In this document: one piece after another, positions 43,635-52,580 of the stretch
How the letters are laid out: each line of letters opens with the position of its first letter
Position numbering within the stretch: position 1 is the stretch's first letter
NCBI GenBank assembly: GCA_025362975.1
Contig: JANYES010000018.1
Span: 147,309-211,308, forward strand
Direction of reading: 5' to 3'
Length of the DNA: 64,000 nt
Source: Alphaproteobacteria bacterium
Lineage (GTDB): Bacteria; Pseudomonadota; Alphaproteobacteria; Rickettsiales; SXRF01
Made by a program: the position numbers and the translations under genes
Notes under the pieces: model-generated
The model's database searches: none
The model's input: only the letters and a program-made list of their open reading frames with translations
What the model was told of the DNA's origin: nothing

Positions 43635-44567
43635 TTACTGCTTTTCTAATTTTTTCAACTGGGTAAGAAGCGTTTTCGCATTTTTGATGGCGTGGCCTTC
43701 GCGGTCGTTGTTGAAATAACACCATACGTGAGCGGCTTTGCTGGCATGGATGCGCTCAGCCCAGATGTTGAGTTCTTCATTCGTGTAATTGTAGCGATAC
43801 CATTGTTTGATGCCGTGGAAGCGGATGTAAATATCGTCTGCGGTTTTGATTAATTCATCGGGTAATTCTGGACCACTGCTGGAGCAGAAAATAACGCCGG
43901 CTTTGCGGAAGGCGGCATAAACCTTTTCATTCCACCAGCTTTTATGGCGGAATTCTACTACGTTGCGACGGGTGGATTCCAGCTGGCTGACAATAGTTTT
44001 TAAGCGTGCGGGCGTGTAGTGGAAGCTGGGCGGCAGCTGGTAAAGAAAGCAGCCCATGTGAGGGCCTAGCAGATCGGCGATGTAGCCGAAATCCTTTACC
44101 AGTTCTTTGGTGGCTTTAAAGCGCTTGATGTGGGTGATGAGCTCGCATACTTTTACCGTATATACGAAGCGTTTTTTACCGGCCTGTCTGATCCATGATT
44201 TAACCGTGGCGACGGTGGGCCAGCCGTAAAATGGCGCGTTCAGCTCCACGGTTTTAAAATGGCGGGAGTAATGGGGGAACCAGTCTGCGGTTGTGCTGTC
44301 TTTCGGGTAGAAAATGCCGCGCCAATCCCAGTAAAACCAGCCGGAGCAACCTATGTAATATTTTGTCTGCTTATCCGGCTTCGGGACTAACGGCAGGGAC
44401 GTATCGGCGATACGGGCTGCATGCATTTTTTTAACGCGCAGGATATTCGCCTCGCGCTGTTTGTCGCGCCGCGCCTGCCGCGTTTGCTTGCGTTTTATAA
44501 AGTCTGCATCAGTTTTTGGCATAATGATGTTTTTATGATTCATAGTAAATCTATGGTAATGCCCCAC
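43635..44567 (-). CDS. DUF72 family protein with a basic N-terminal extension
   Basis: YYIGCSGWFYWDWRGIFYP ... FKTVELNAPFY matches the DUF72 hallmarks. Confidence 0.75.
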   Translation of the reverse strand: MGHYHRFTMNHKNIIMPKTDADFIKRKQTRQARRDKQREANILRVKKMHAARIADTSLPLVPKPDKQTKYYIGCSGWFYWDWRGIFYPKDSTTADWFPHYSRHFKTVELNAPFYGWPTVATVKSWIRQAGKKRFVYTVKVCELITHIKRFKATKELVKDFGYIADLLGPHMGCFLYQLPPSFHYTPARLKTIVSQLESTRRNVVEFRHKSWWNEKVYAAFRKAGVIFCSSSGPELPDELIKTADDIYIRFHGIKQWYRYNYTNEELNIWAERIHASKAAHVWCYFNNDREGHAIKNAKTLLTQLKKLEKQ

Positions 44568-44699
44568 TGGATACGATGTGGTGCCGATAGCGAATGTATT
44601 ATTTTTCTGTAATGATAATGCGGAGGTAGCCCTTCGACTAAACGGCAGCAGACATAAGTGCGAAGTGATTAATTCTATAAAGCAATTGGTTATACCGAT

Positions 44700-44721
44700 C
44701 TCAACCTGAAGGCCGCAGGTT
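44700..44721 (+). other. Third fragment of the initiator tRNA-Met gene (anticodon loop to T-stem only)
   Basis: AACCTGAAGGCCGCAGGTT is a 19-nt exact match to 14240-14258, preceded by CTCA. Homology stops inside the T-loop. Confidence 0.7.
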
Positions 44722-44814
44722 TAGTAAGCTGCGAATCGGGTGGATAAACCATATAAATGGTTTGCTTTGTAGGCCTTAGTTGCTACAAACAGGCATAAAT
44801 TTTGCCTCGCTGTA

Positions 44815-45564
44815 ATGACCAAGGTGCAAATCATGACGCATACTAAAAATCCCATACTTGCCCTCGCATTGTTTTTTATGTGCATGGCACACCCGGCATT
44901 AGCTGCTGAGGGAAAAGCGTTTAACGATAGTTTTTCTGCCCTCGATAAATCCCGCTGGTACGTTTCCAGCGGCTGGACCAACGGAACGCACCAGTCGTGT
45001 GAATGGCGTGACGATGCGGTTTCTATCAAAGACGGCAAATTGCTTTTAACCCTGTCGGATCACGGCGGGAAAGTGCTTCCGATCGGATGCCCGGAACTTC
45101 ATACGAAAGAACGTTTGAATTATGGGCGTTATGAGGCGCGCATGCGTAGCGCGGCGGGTTGGGGGTTGAATACGGCGTTTTTCAGCTATATCGGGCCGCC
45201 CAACGGGGTTCCTGAATGGGATGAGATCGACTTCGAATTCCTTGGTATTACGCCGACTAAGGTTGAAGTTAATTATGTGGTGAACGGAAAAATCATTCAT
45301 GGGAAAACCGTCGATCTCGGGTTTGATGCGTCGAAAAATTTTCATGATTACGTCTTTGACTGGTCAAAGACGGGGATAACATGGTTTGTCGACGGCAAAG
45401 AAGTGTACAAGACGCAAGCTGGCGCAGTGTTGCCACGCAATCCCGGCTCTATGTTCTTTAGCCTTTGGTCAGGAACGGCTGTTGAGGACTCATGGATGGG
45501 CAAGTTTACCTATACCAAGCCTGTAAGCGCTGAAGTGGTCTGGGCACGATTTACGCCGCATTGA
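44815..45564 (+). CDS. Glycoside hydrolase family 16 (beta-glucanase), secreted
   Basis: Signal peptide ALALFFMCMAHPALAA and the catalytic EIDFEF motif. Confidence 0.85.
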   Translation: MTKVQIMTHTKNPILALALFFMCMAHPALAAEGKAFNDSFSALDKSRWYVSSGWTNGTHQSCEWRDDAVSIKDGKLLLTLSDHGGKVLPIGCPELHTKERLNYGRYEARMRSAAGWGLNTAFFSYIGPPNGVPEWDEIDFEFLGITPTKVEVNYVVNGKIIHGKTVDLGFDASKNFHDYVFDWSKTGITWFVDGKEVYKTQAGAVLPRNPGSMFFSLWSGTAVEDSWMGKFTYTKPVSAEVVWARFTPH

Positions 45565-45573
45565 AGCATCTCT

Positions 45574-46719
45574 ATGGCGTCGCAGTTACCCCTAACAGTT
45601 CCGGCCACGTTTTCAACCCAGTTGGCGCTGGCACATGGCATTCCTTCGGGGTTTAATTACCTGCGTTTATTTTTAGCGGTTGAAGTGCTGGTTTGGCATA
45701 CGGTGTTGATGACGTATGGGTTTTCAACGCAAAATTATATATTGGACCAATCCGTTTACGGGCCGATTCCTTCTTTGATATTGCCGATGTTTTTTGCATT
45801 GAGCGGTTTTTTGGTCGCAGGAAGCCTTGATCGGGCAAAAAACGTTTTTGATTTTATATGCCTGCGCCTGCTGCGCATTTTACCGGCACTTTGGTTGGTT
45901 GTCATTTTAGCGGCGTTGGGGCTGGGACCGCTTGTCACCTCTTATTCAACGGGCGAATATTTTTCAGATTCACAGTTTATCCTCTACTTCCTGACATTTT
46001 TTGGGAATGTGCAGAATGAATTGCCAGGCGTTTTCGAGAACAATACATTTCCCAATATCGTCAATGGCCAACTCTGGACTATTCCGCTTGAGCTTTCGTG
46101 CTATGCGCTTTTAGGATTCACGGCCCTGCTTGGAATTTATCGCCGTCCGACATTGTTTCTGGCCGTTTTTATCGCTGGCCAGACGGCATTTGGGCTGAGG
46201 GCTTTTTTGGTGCCGGTGATATGGGGAGGCGTTCCTCCGAGCGTTCTGCTCATCTGTTTTCTGGCTGGCTCTGTGATGAATGTTTATCGGGCGAAAATTC
46301 CGTTTCGCCTCGATTTAGCGTGTTTATGCGGCGCGTCGGGTTTCGGCATGATTTATCTTTCCGGGGGCAGTTATTTCATTGCAGCGCCTGTGGCTTATTT
46401 CACGATTTACCTGGGGCTTTTTAACCCTAAAAAAATGCTATTGGTCAGTAGTGGCGATTATTCGTACGGAATCTATTTATTTGCCTTTCCTGTGCAGCAG
46501 TGGATTGCCTATCTGGAGGGAAGGGACGCGCCTTGGTACGCCAATCTTTTACTGGCTTTGCCGCTGGCGTTTGTATGTGCCGTTATGTCGTGGCATCTTG
46601 TCGAGAAGCGAGCGCTTTTACTTCGCCGCCACATTCCCGAATTTCACCGCAGGGTGCTTAGGGTTTTGCTGATTAAGGAAAAAATGGTCTATAACGATTC
46701 TTCAACGGATAAGAACTGA
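45574..46719 (+). CDS. Acyltransferase family 3 (membrane O-acyltransferase)
   Basis: About 10 TM segments and an N-terminal LRLFLAVEVLVWH motif typical of Acyl_transf_3. Confidence 0.75.
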   Translation: MASQLPLTVPATFSTQLALAHGIPSGFNYLRLFLAVEVLVWHTVLMTYGFSTQNYILDQSVYGPIPSLILPMFFALSGFLVAGSLDRAKNVFDFICLRLLRILPALWLVVILAALGLGPLVTSYSTGEYFSDSQFILYFLTFFGNVQNELPGVFENNTFPNIVNGQLWTIPLELSCYALLGFTALLGIYRRPTLFLAVFIAGQTAFGLRAFLVPVIWGGVPPSVLLICFLAGSVMNVYRAKIPFRLDLACLCGASGFGMIYLSGGSYFIAAPVAYFTIYLGLFNPKKMLLVSSGDYSYGIYLFAFPVQQWIAYLEGRDAPWYANLLLALPLAFVCAVMSWHLVEKRALLLRRHIPEFHRRVLRVLLIKEKMVYNDSSTDKN

Positions 46720-48011
46720 TGCTTTTAGATGCACACAAAACGGGCTTTGGTCTAGGCAGGCCTGCCGCACCTGAAAAGGAAGAAGCTTCACCGCTGTTTA
46801 TCGGAATCAGCACGCTCTTGCTGATCGCGGTGAATATCCGGACGCTGGGAACGTTGTGGATTGTTTTTATCGTTCTGCTTTGCGTGGTGATTCTCAGCAA
46901 AAGCTTTTCGAGCATTTTTTCACTCATGTTCCGACAGCCTATTTTGATTCTGCTTCCCGTTTTTTATGTTTTATCGTGTCTATGGTCGGATGAGTTTACC
47001 ATATCGCTGTCGCTCGGCATGCAAACGCTGCTTGCAACTTTAACGGCGGTCACCATCGCCCAGCGCACGACGAACCGGCAATTCCTCCTCATCATTTTTC
47101 TTGCTATCAGCTTTACCTGCATCGGCTGCATTCTCGACGGCGAAGTGGGGCCATCGGCGGAGGGTATGGTGCTGATCGGATATTTAGGCAGCAAGGATGC
47201 TATGGGGCTTATGGCGTATTCCGGGGTCATGACTTCGCTTGCGATGATGCTGGACCGCGAAAGGTCGTTTATGATGCGCGGCTTTGCCATCCTGATGGCA
47301 TTAGTCGAGTTGAGGATTGCGACATCGGTTCACGCGGCCACGGCCATTGTGTGTCTTGGATTGGGGGTTAGTATTTTCCTGCTAACATATTTCGTCCTCG
47401 CGCGATTTACGGTTGCGCGCTGGATCAGCTATTTCTTTATTTCACTGATGGCGATGGCATTTCTGGTTTTTGCTTCGGAATTTGTTCAGCTGTTCCTGGA
47501 AATGTCGAGCAGTCATCTGGGCAAGGATGCGTCGCTTACTGGGCGCACGGTTCTTTGGGAAAAAGGGCTTGCCCTGCTGGGGGAATCGCCATTAATAGGC
47601 CACGGGTATCGAGCATTCTGGGCCGGATCGTCTTTCGATGCGAGGCATATGCTGGCATCGATGAATATTGCGGACGGGCGTGGCTTCCACTTTCATGAGC
47701 AGTATTTGGAAGTGCTTGTCGATACGGGCATTTTAGGGTTTCTCGTTTTCCTGTCAACGTTCGTGATATTCACAAAAAAAATATTGAAAAGCGCCATCGT
47801 CCAGCCCTCGTGCTATACCGCATATGCGTTTGCGATTGTAGTTGTCGATTTGATCCGGTGGGTTTTTGAAACGGCTTTCCTACCGTTTTCTTTCGATATG
47901 ATGATATTTTACGGATTGGCTGCCGCTGCCATGAGGCCGCCGAAAAAGATAATGAAGAAAGCACCTCTGTTATCACCGCTCGATGCTAATAAGCCAACTG
48001 CGACAGCGTAA
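46719..48011 (+). CDS. O-antigen ligase/polymerase-like (Wzy_C) membrane protein
   Basis: Polytopic, with a periplasmic loop containing GHGYRAFW. Its start overlaps the upstream stop. Confidence 0.7.
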   Translation: MLLDAHKTGFGLGRPAAPEKEEASPLFIGISTLLLIAVNIRTLGTLWIVFIVLLCVVILSKSFSSIFSLMFRQPILILLPVFYVLSCLWSDEFTISLSLGMQTLLATLTAVTIAQRTTNRQFLLIIFLAISFTCIGCILDGEVGPSAEGMVLIGYLGSKDAMGLMAYSGVMTSLAMMLDRERSFMMRGFAILMALVELRIATSVHAATAIVCLGLGVSIFLLTYFVLARFTVARWISYFFISLMAMAFLVFASEFVQLFLEMSSSHLGKDASLTGRTVLWEKGLALLGESPLIGHGYRAFWAGSSFDARHMLASMNIADGRGFHFHEQYLEVLVDTGILGFLVFLSTFVIFTKKILKSAIVQPSCYTAYAFAIVVVDLIRWVFETAFLPFSFDMMIFYGLAAAAMRPPKKIMKKAPLLSPLDANKPTATA

Positions 48012-48034
48012 TTATGGCCAGCGCCTGTTCAACT

Positions 48035-48334
48035 TTAAATCAGCCTGTGGGCGATAAACGCGAAGAAAAATCCGGTTATATACATAGCCAGTGAAAAACA
48101 GAAAACACCGAAGCTGATACGCCGCATCCGCGCGCATGCTTTTGCTTTTTTGGGGTCTGCGGGGCAGGGGGCATTTCGTGTCAGGTATCGGCTCAGGGCA
48201 GAAATCGTTAGCATAACACCTGCGAAGATGAACAAGCCGGTTTTATGCTCCGATAACCAGATGAGCTGGGGAACGGTGCTGACGAGGCCGGCCAAAGCTG
48301 CGCCGGCCCCTAACGATACAAACAGCGCAGGCAA
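48035..48334 (-). CDS. Small membrane protein (possibly MerC/MerT-like metal transporter remnant)
   Basis: 3 TM segments and a TTG start. The upstream in-frame sequence GCALPALFVSLGAG resembles a Cys-P-A-L metal-transporter N-terminus. It overlaps the MerR-type gene by 25 nt. Confidence 0.35.
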   Translation of the reverse strand: MPALFVSLGAGAALAGLVSTVPQLIWLSEHKTGLFIFAGVMLTISALSRYLTRNAPCPADPKKAKACARMRRISFGVFCFSLAMYITGFFFAFIAHRLI

Positions 48335-48645
48335 CGCGCAGCCAGTTCTGCGATACGCGTTTCCGCTTCTTTAATTTTGCCTTCGGTGTGTTTCAGGATT
48401 TGGGCGCAGGTGGATTTGTCGGAGCTTTTGAGCAGTAGTAGCTGTTTGATTTCATCCAGGGTGAAGTTGAGCGCTTTTGCACCGCGGATAAAGCGCACCC
48501 TGCGTATGGCTTCTTCATTGTATAGCCTGTATCCGCCTGCAGAGCGCGACTCGACTGAAATGAGATTCATCTTTTCGTAATAGCGCAATGTATCCGCGCT
48601 TACGGCAGTCAGTTGGGCCAGTTTTCCGATTGTGATTTTTTTCAT
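48310..48645 (-). CDS. MerR-family transcriptional regulator
   Basis: MKKITIGKLAQLTAVSADTLRYYEKMNLI ... YRLY wHTH, followed by a coiled coil. The C-terminal end is unusually short. Confidence 0.8.
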   Translation of the reverse strand: MKKITIGKLAQLTAVSADTLRYYEKMNLISVESRSAGGYRLYNEEAIRRVRFIRGAKALNFTLDEIKQLLLLKSSDKSTCAQILKHTEGKIKEAETRIAELAARCLRCLYR

Positions 48646-48669
48646 GAATACATCTTACACCTTAAGGAA

Positions 48670-49020
48670 GTAAGCAACCCTCAACGCTCTAAGATAACCA
48701 TTCAAAACACATTGCGCCGGATACTGGAAAATTACTTCAAGATTCTTGGCAACCTCGATAAAGACAAGTTCATCGAAAAATTTACAGGGAAAGATAAGCA
48801 AATCTGTGGCTCCTTATTCTCATGGGTTAATGATGGTTCCCACGCCGTACATGATGACCTTTACATCTCAGCCGACGATGCCGCTATCGAGCGTTACCTA
48901 GATGTGTTCAAACGGATTTTTGAAATCACGGGACACATGGAACATTATAACATGATGATGAAAATTGAACCTGTGGCTGCACCGCCTCAGCCAGTAGTTG
49001 CAGAACTAGCAGTAGCATAA
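48670..49020 (+). pseudogene. C-terminal fragment of an AAA_13 / PrrC-RloC-like ATPase
   Basis: NTLRRILENYFKILG ... VNDGSHAVHDD shows the R-x3-E ... H pattern. No ATPase domain lies upstream. Confidence 0.55.
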
Positions 49021-49299
49021 ATAGAGTATACGACACATTGCATTTACTACTGATTCTGCTATAATTGCGCCACTGGATACAGGAAGGGTTTTACTGGCAG
49101 GACTGTCGGTGGTTGTCGAAGCTAGGGCGTTAACTCGTCACGGTAGGTACATAAAGCTTACAGCAGTAATGAGCTTGTTTCCTAGGATTTACCTACAAGT
49201 GCTATTTTGGGGAATACTGTTGTTTTGCCCTAGCTCTAAATTGGTAGATAGAACCAAGTTCAATTCTCCCGTCTTCGCACCATATAACTACTATATTAA

Positions 49300-49340
49300 T
49301 ACCGTTCCTCGCTTCGCTGCGGTACGCTTCGCTTACGGTA
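49300..49340 (+). repeat. CGCT-rich element, copy 1
   Basis: T-ACCGT-tcc-TCGCTTCGCT-gcggta-CGCTTCGCT-t-ACGGT-A. The flanking pentamers are reverse complements. Confidence 0.6.
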
Positions 49341-49459
49341 AGTCAACCGTTCTTTATACCAGATTGTTTATACAGGCTGTAAAGCAATGTCACGATAGTA
49401 TGGCTTAAAATCATAATGCCAAGAGATATAGATAGTGAGAACAAACATAGTCAGTTTGT

Positions 49460-49605
49460 AACTGGTGTACTCGTATACATACTATGTTAACGCACGTACG
49501 TGCATCATCTCCGGTTATCTATGGTGGTACATGCCATACTGGTTACTGGTATGTATCTGGTAATAATTACATCTGATATTATTACTGGTGATATAATTAC
49601 TGTTC
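49460..49605 (+). repeat. Iteron-like cluster of TACTGGT and GGT(A/G)AT..AATTAC repeats
   Basis: TACTGGT occurs at 49537, 49544 and 49583, with variants at 49460 and 49555. GGTAATAATTAC and GGTGATATAATTAC are also present. Confidence 0.55.
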
Positions 49606-49623
49606 ACATTTCGCTAAATGTAA

Positions 49624-49667
49624 CCATGTTCTCTTCGCTTCGCTCGTGCCGCTATTCGCTCACATGG
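49624..49667 (+). repeat. CGCT-rich element, copy 2
   Basis: CCATG-ttctc-TTCGCTTCGCT-cgtgc-CGCTATTCGCT-ca-CATGG. Confidence 0.6.
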
Positions 49668-49842
49668 GGATTAAGGCTTCTACTAAGTATGAGGCAAAGA
49701 TATAAGTGTATTGATTAATATATATTATTTAGATGACACATTTCTGTTGCTTACATCTGTAATATTACTATGTTCTGCCATCTAAAATTAAATCAGTATA
49801 TTGATATGATTGTACTGCTTATTTGCTATTCAGGTATGTAAT

Positions 49843-49879
49843 CCACGTGTTCGCTTCGCTCACCCGCTATCGCTAACGT
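49843..49879 (+). repeat. CGCT-rich element, copy 3
   Basis: CACGT-g-TTCGCTTCGCT-caccc-GCTATCGCT-a-ACGTG. Confidence 0.6.
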
Positions 49880-49966
49880 GAGGATAGATTTTGAAACTGA
49901 TACCAGAGGTAATCAGGGTAATTTTATTAAGCATGAGACAAGGTTATAATTTATATGAATACGGTA

Positions 49967-50632
49967 TTACTGCTCTTCCGGTGGCTGCTTAAAGCCTTCG
50001 GTCAGCCAGTTCTTTGAATTGGTATAAGGCTTACTCTGCGTAACGAGAATTTCCGACTTCCTGAAGCCTCCGACAATCCAACTGACCAGTACCGGAAAAT
50101 TGTCTTTCACGGTAAGGGTATACAATATCCTACCTATACATTCGATACTCATAAGTGGGGCAACAATATACAATAGGTATACTATCCATACCATCACATA
50201 GATAACTATAACTACGCTATACTTTTCATTCCCTGATATGAAGCCAGCGCATAGTAATACTGCTACTAAGGGAATCGAAATCGTATCCAGCCAGAATGTC
50301 AGTGTGTTTAGCAGATTCTTAGTCCGGCTATACCATCTCCAATTCGCCATACTAAATGGTAATTTAGAGTAGAAGAAATGAATCAACCCATAGTTGTCAC
50401 TAACAAGCGGATACCTCTTGCAGCGCGTTTTAATCCTCTGCAGTAATACTCCGATAAAAAGATTCGCGGCTATAGCCATGTTACCAGATATGCTGTCACT
50501 TGGGTGTGTTATATTCATCATTACAAAAATAGTTCCAATTACCAGAAACGTATGCCTGAAGTAGAGAGCTATCAGCACAGTGATGACCAGCGGTATATTA
50601 AATACTATTCCAATGATAAATAAGCCGTTCAT
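49967..50632 (-). CDS. Polytopic membrane protein (221 aa), unknown function
   Basis: About 6 hydrophobic segments, with AGGGAG 6 nt upstream of the ATG. Confidence 0.6.
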   Translation of the reverse strand: MNGLFIIGIVFNIPLVITVLIALYFRHTFLVIGTIFVMMNITHPSDSISGNMAIAANLFIGVLLQRIKTRCKRYPLVSDNYGLIHFFYSKLPFSMANWRWYSRTKNLLNTLTFWLDTISIPLVAVLLCAGFISGNEKYSVVIVIYVMVWIVYLLYIVAPLMSIECIGRILYTLTVKDNFPVLVSWIVGGFRKSEILVTQSKPYTNSKNWLTEGFKQPPEEQ

Positions 50633-50644
50633 GGTCTACTCCCT

Positions 50645-50680
50645 AAAGCAAAACGGCCACCAGATGAATCTCTGGTGACC
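50645..50680 (-). terminator. Terminator-like hairpin abutting the RBS of the membrane-protein gene
   Basis: The minus strand reads GGTCACCAGA-gattca-TCTGGTGGCC-GTTTTGCTTT, followed immediately by AGGGAG-N6-ATG. Confidence 0.5.
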
Positions 50681-50880
50681 GAGGAGTTTGTACCGCTACA
50701 TGAACGGCGCAGCCTATTCGCTTGCGCTATTATATTCAGCCGCCTCCTCAGCCCTAAGGTGAGAAAGGCAGCATCATTGGTTACGGCCCGATGCTGTATT
50801 TAAGCCGCATGTAGAGGGTACAAAGCCTCAAAAGCCCTATCGGACTTCTGGCTACAGGGTATGGGAGGGACAGCAATACG

Positions 50881-52530
50881 TCAATCGCTATTGATAACGA
50901 TATTGGCAGGGTCGTACTTGTCCATTGCGGCTTTAAGCTGCTGGAGGGTATAGCCTTCTGCATTGTAATTACGCTGTGAGGTTCCAGTACGTTCATGCCC
51001 GATTAACATCTCTATGATCGGCTGTGAAACGTCAGCTTGGTACAGGCAGGTATTAACCGTATGGCGGAACGAATGAAATACATACGCTTTAGTTTTCTTG
51101 TCATCGCGTTTTTTGATACCCAACTGGACGAGCAGTATTTCATTGAAGTAATGGCTTAATTTCTTACCATAGCCGTTCTTCTTGCAGTAAGTCAGTTCAT
51201 ACAAAAAGCGTTCATGTTTTTGCTTACGCAACCGCTTTACTTCATCAATAATGCCAGCCTGTAACAAGACAGTGTGAATTGGAACCCTGCGCCGTGATGC
51301 AGCCGTTTTTAGTTTTTTATCTTCGGCATCATTATTGATATGGAAGTACCAGATACCTGCGCTTTCCTTAATGTCTTCTACCTTTAACTGTGCAATTTCA
51401 TTTACACGCGCTCCTGTGTACATACCCAGCAATGCACCCCAGTATTGATAATGTTTGCCTTCTGTTTTTGTGGTGCTGATTGCTTTCTGAAGATGAAGAA
51501 CCTGATGGGCATTAAAGGGCTTACGGACAATCTTATCCTTGTCTTTTTTGTCAACGCTGGCTTTTATGTTAGTAAACGGATTGGTCGTTAGATAACCCTC
51601 CGCAACACACCAGCTAAAGAAGGCTCCGTAGCAGTTCAGGTATTGCTTGACCGTAGTTGCCGACATCTTGCTTGCGTTAGATTTGATTGCATCCATAAGC
51701 GACAAATTTTTTACCAATGGATTCTTATGGCGGTTCGCTGGCAACTGTTTAACTGTATCGCGTATCTCACGCGCTTCATCCTGCCCAATATCCAAGATAG
51801 GATAATCGCCACCTTTGATCTCTAGAAGCATGTTTAGTATGGCTTGTCTATTCTCCCTTGTGCTTTCATTCCATGCCTTATCTGCTACATGCACCGCGAC
51901 AAATTTACTGACCATTGCACCTAATTTAAGTGTACCACCAGCAGGATTTTTACGCCGTGAGGGTATGGATGGTGGTATGGCTGTAGGCGTAAAATCAAAG
52001 TTATCCTGCTCATGATTGAACCTTATGATCTCAGCGCATACCGCTTGCATTGCCTTTACGTATGCTTTGCGGAGGCGTTCATACTCCGGTGTGTTCTCGG
52101 CTATGTCGATCTGCATCGTGTTAATCAGCTTAGTCAAACCATCTGAATAAAGGCTAACCCCGTCATTGGCTAAGTCGCTTAAAAATGAGGTATCGTCTAT
52201 GGTGGCTTGCAGACGGGCTATCTCGGCAGGTGGCAGTACGTCACCTTCAAGGATACGGCGTTTTTTCTCATCCAAGAACCGCTGGCAGTATTCCTGCACT
52301 ATGGCCTTTATCTGTTGGTGTGGCATACCCTTCACCCAGTCCTGCTGTATTATGCTGTTGGCACGATAGGCTAGGATTTGAGCAAGATACAGTGCTGCTT
52401 TGGACTGCCGTGTACCTAGCGATAATTTGACATAACGGCGTTTAGCATCCGGCAGGAAATGCAGCGGGATAGGCCAGCGGAAATGATATACATGATACTC
52501 CGATAGAACCAGATAAGCAGGATTGTACAT
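50881..52530 (-). CDS. Large tyrosine recombinase / integrase (549 aa)
   Basis: Catalytic TGARVNEIAQL (R), HSFRHT (HxxR) and LIGHERTGTSQRNYN (H ... Y), with a long N-terminal arm-binding-like region. Confidence 0.9.
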   Translation of the reverse strand: MYNPAYLVLSEYHVYHFRWPIPLHFLPDAKRRYVKLSLGTRQSKAALYLAQILAYRANSIIQQDWVKGMPHQQIKAIVQEYCQRFLDEKKRRILEGDVLPPAEIARLQATIDDTSFLSDLANDGVSLYSDGLTKLINTMQIDIAENTPEYERLRKAYVKAMQAVCAEIIRFNHEQDNFDFTPTAIPPSIPSRRKNPAGGTLKLGAMVSKFVAVHVADKAWNESTRENRQAILNMLLEIKGGDYPILDIGQDEAREIRDTVKQLPANRHKNPLVKNLSLMDAIKSNASKMSATTVKQYLNCYGAFFSWCVAEGYLTTNPFTNIKASVDKKDKDKIVRKPFNAHQVLHLQKAISTTKTEGKHYQYWGALLGMYTGARVNEIAQLKVEDIKESAGIWYFHINNDAEDKKLKTAASRRRVPIHTVLLQAGIIDEVKRLRKQKHERFLYELTYCKKNGYGKKLSHYFNEILLVQLGIKKRDDKKTKAYVFHSFRHTVNTCLYQADVSQPIIEMLIGHERTGTSQRNYNAEGYTLQQLKAAMDKYDPANIVINSD

Positions 52531-52580
52531 AGGATTGTCCCTGTTGGGAGTACCTCTGCCCTGTTTATTAGGCTAAGTCT

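Noticed and set aside
48310-48334. 25-nt overlap between the MerR-type gene end and the small membrane ORF, considered as programmed frameshifting or a gene fusion
   Set aside because: There is no slippery sequence. A small deletion that clipped both genes, or a TTG-start artefact of ORF calling, explains it more simply.
49230-49282. tRNA-like stretch (TAGCTCTAAATTGGTAGATAG ... AGTTCAATTCTCCCGTCTTCGCACCA) resembling the D-arm and T-arm/3' end of tRNA-Phe
   Set aside because: I found no acceptor-stem complement, no anticodon arm, and a T-stem that does not pair. At best it is a decayed att remnant, not a functional tRNA.
50690-50745. Resemblance of the minus-strand sequence AAUAUAAUAGCGCAAGCGAAUAGGCUGCGCC to the J1/2-P2-L2 part of a purine riboswitch
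   Set aside because: No P1 partner, P3 hairpin, or conserved J2/3 and J3/1 sequences could be found.
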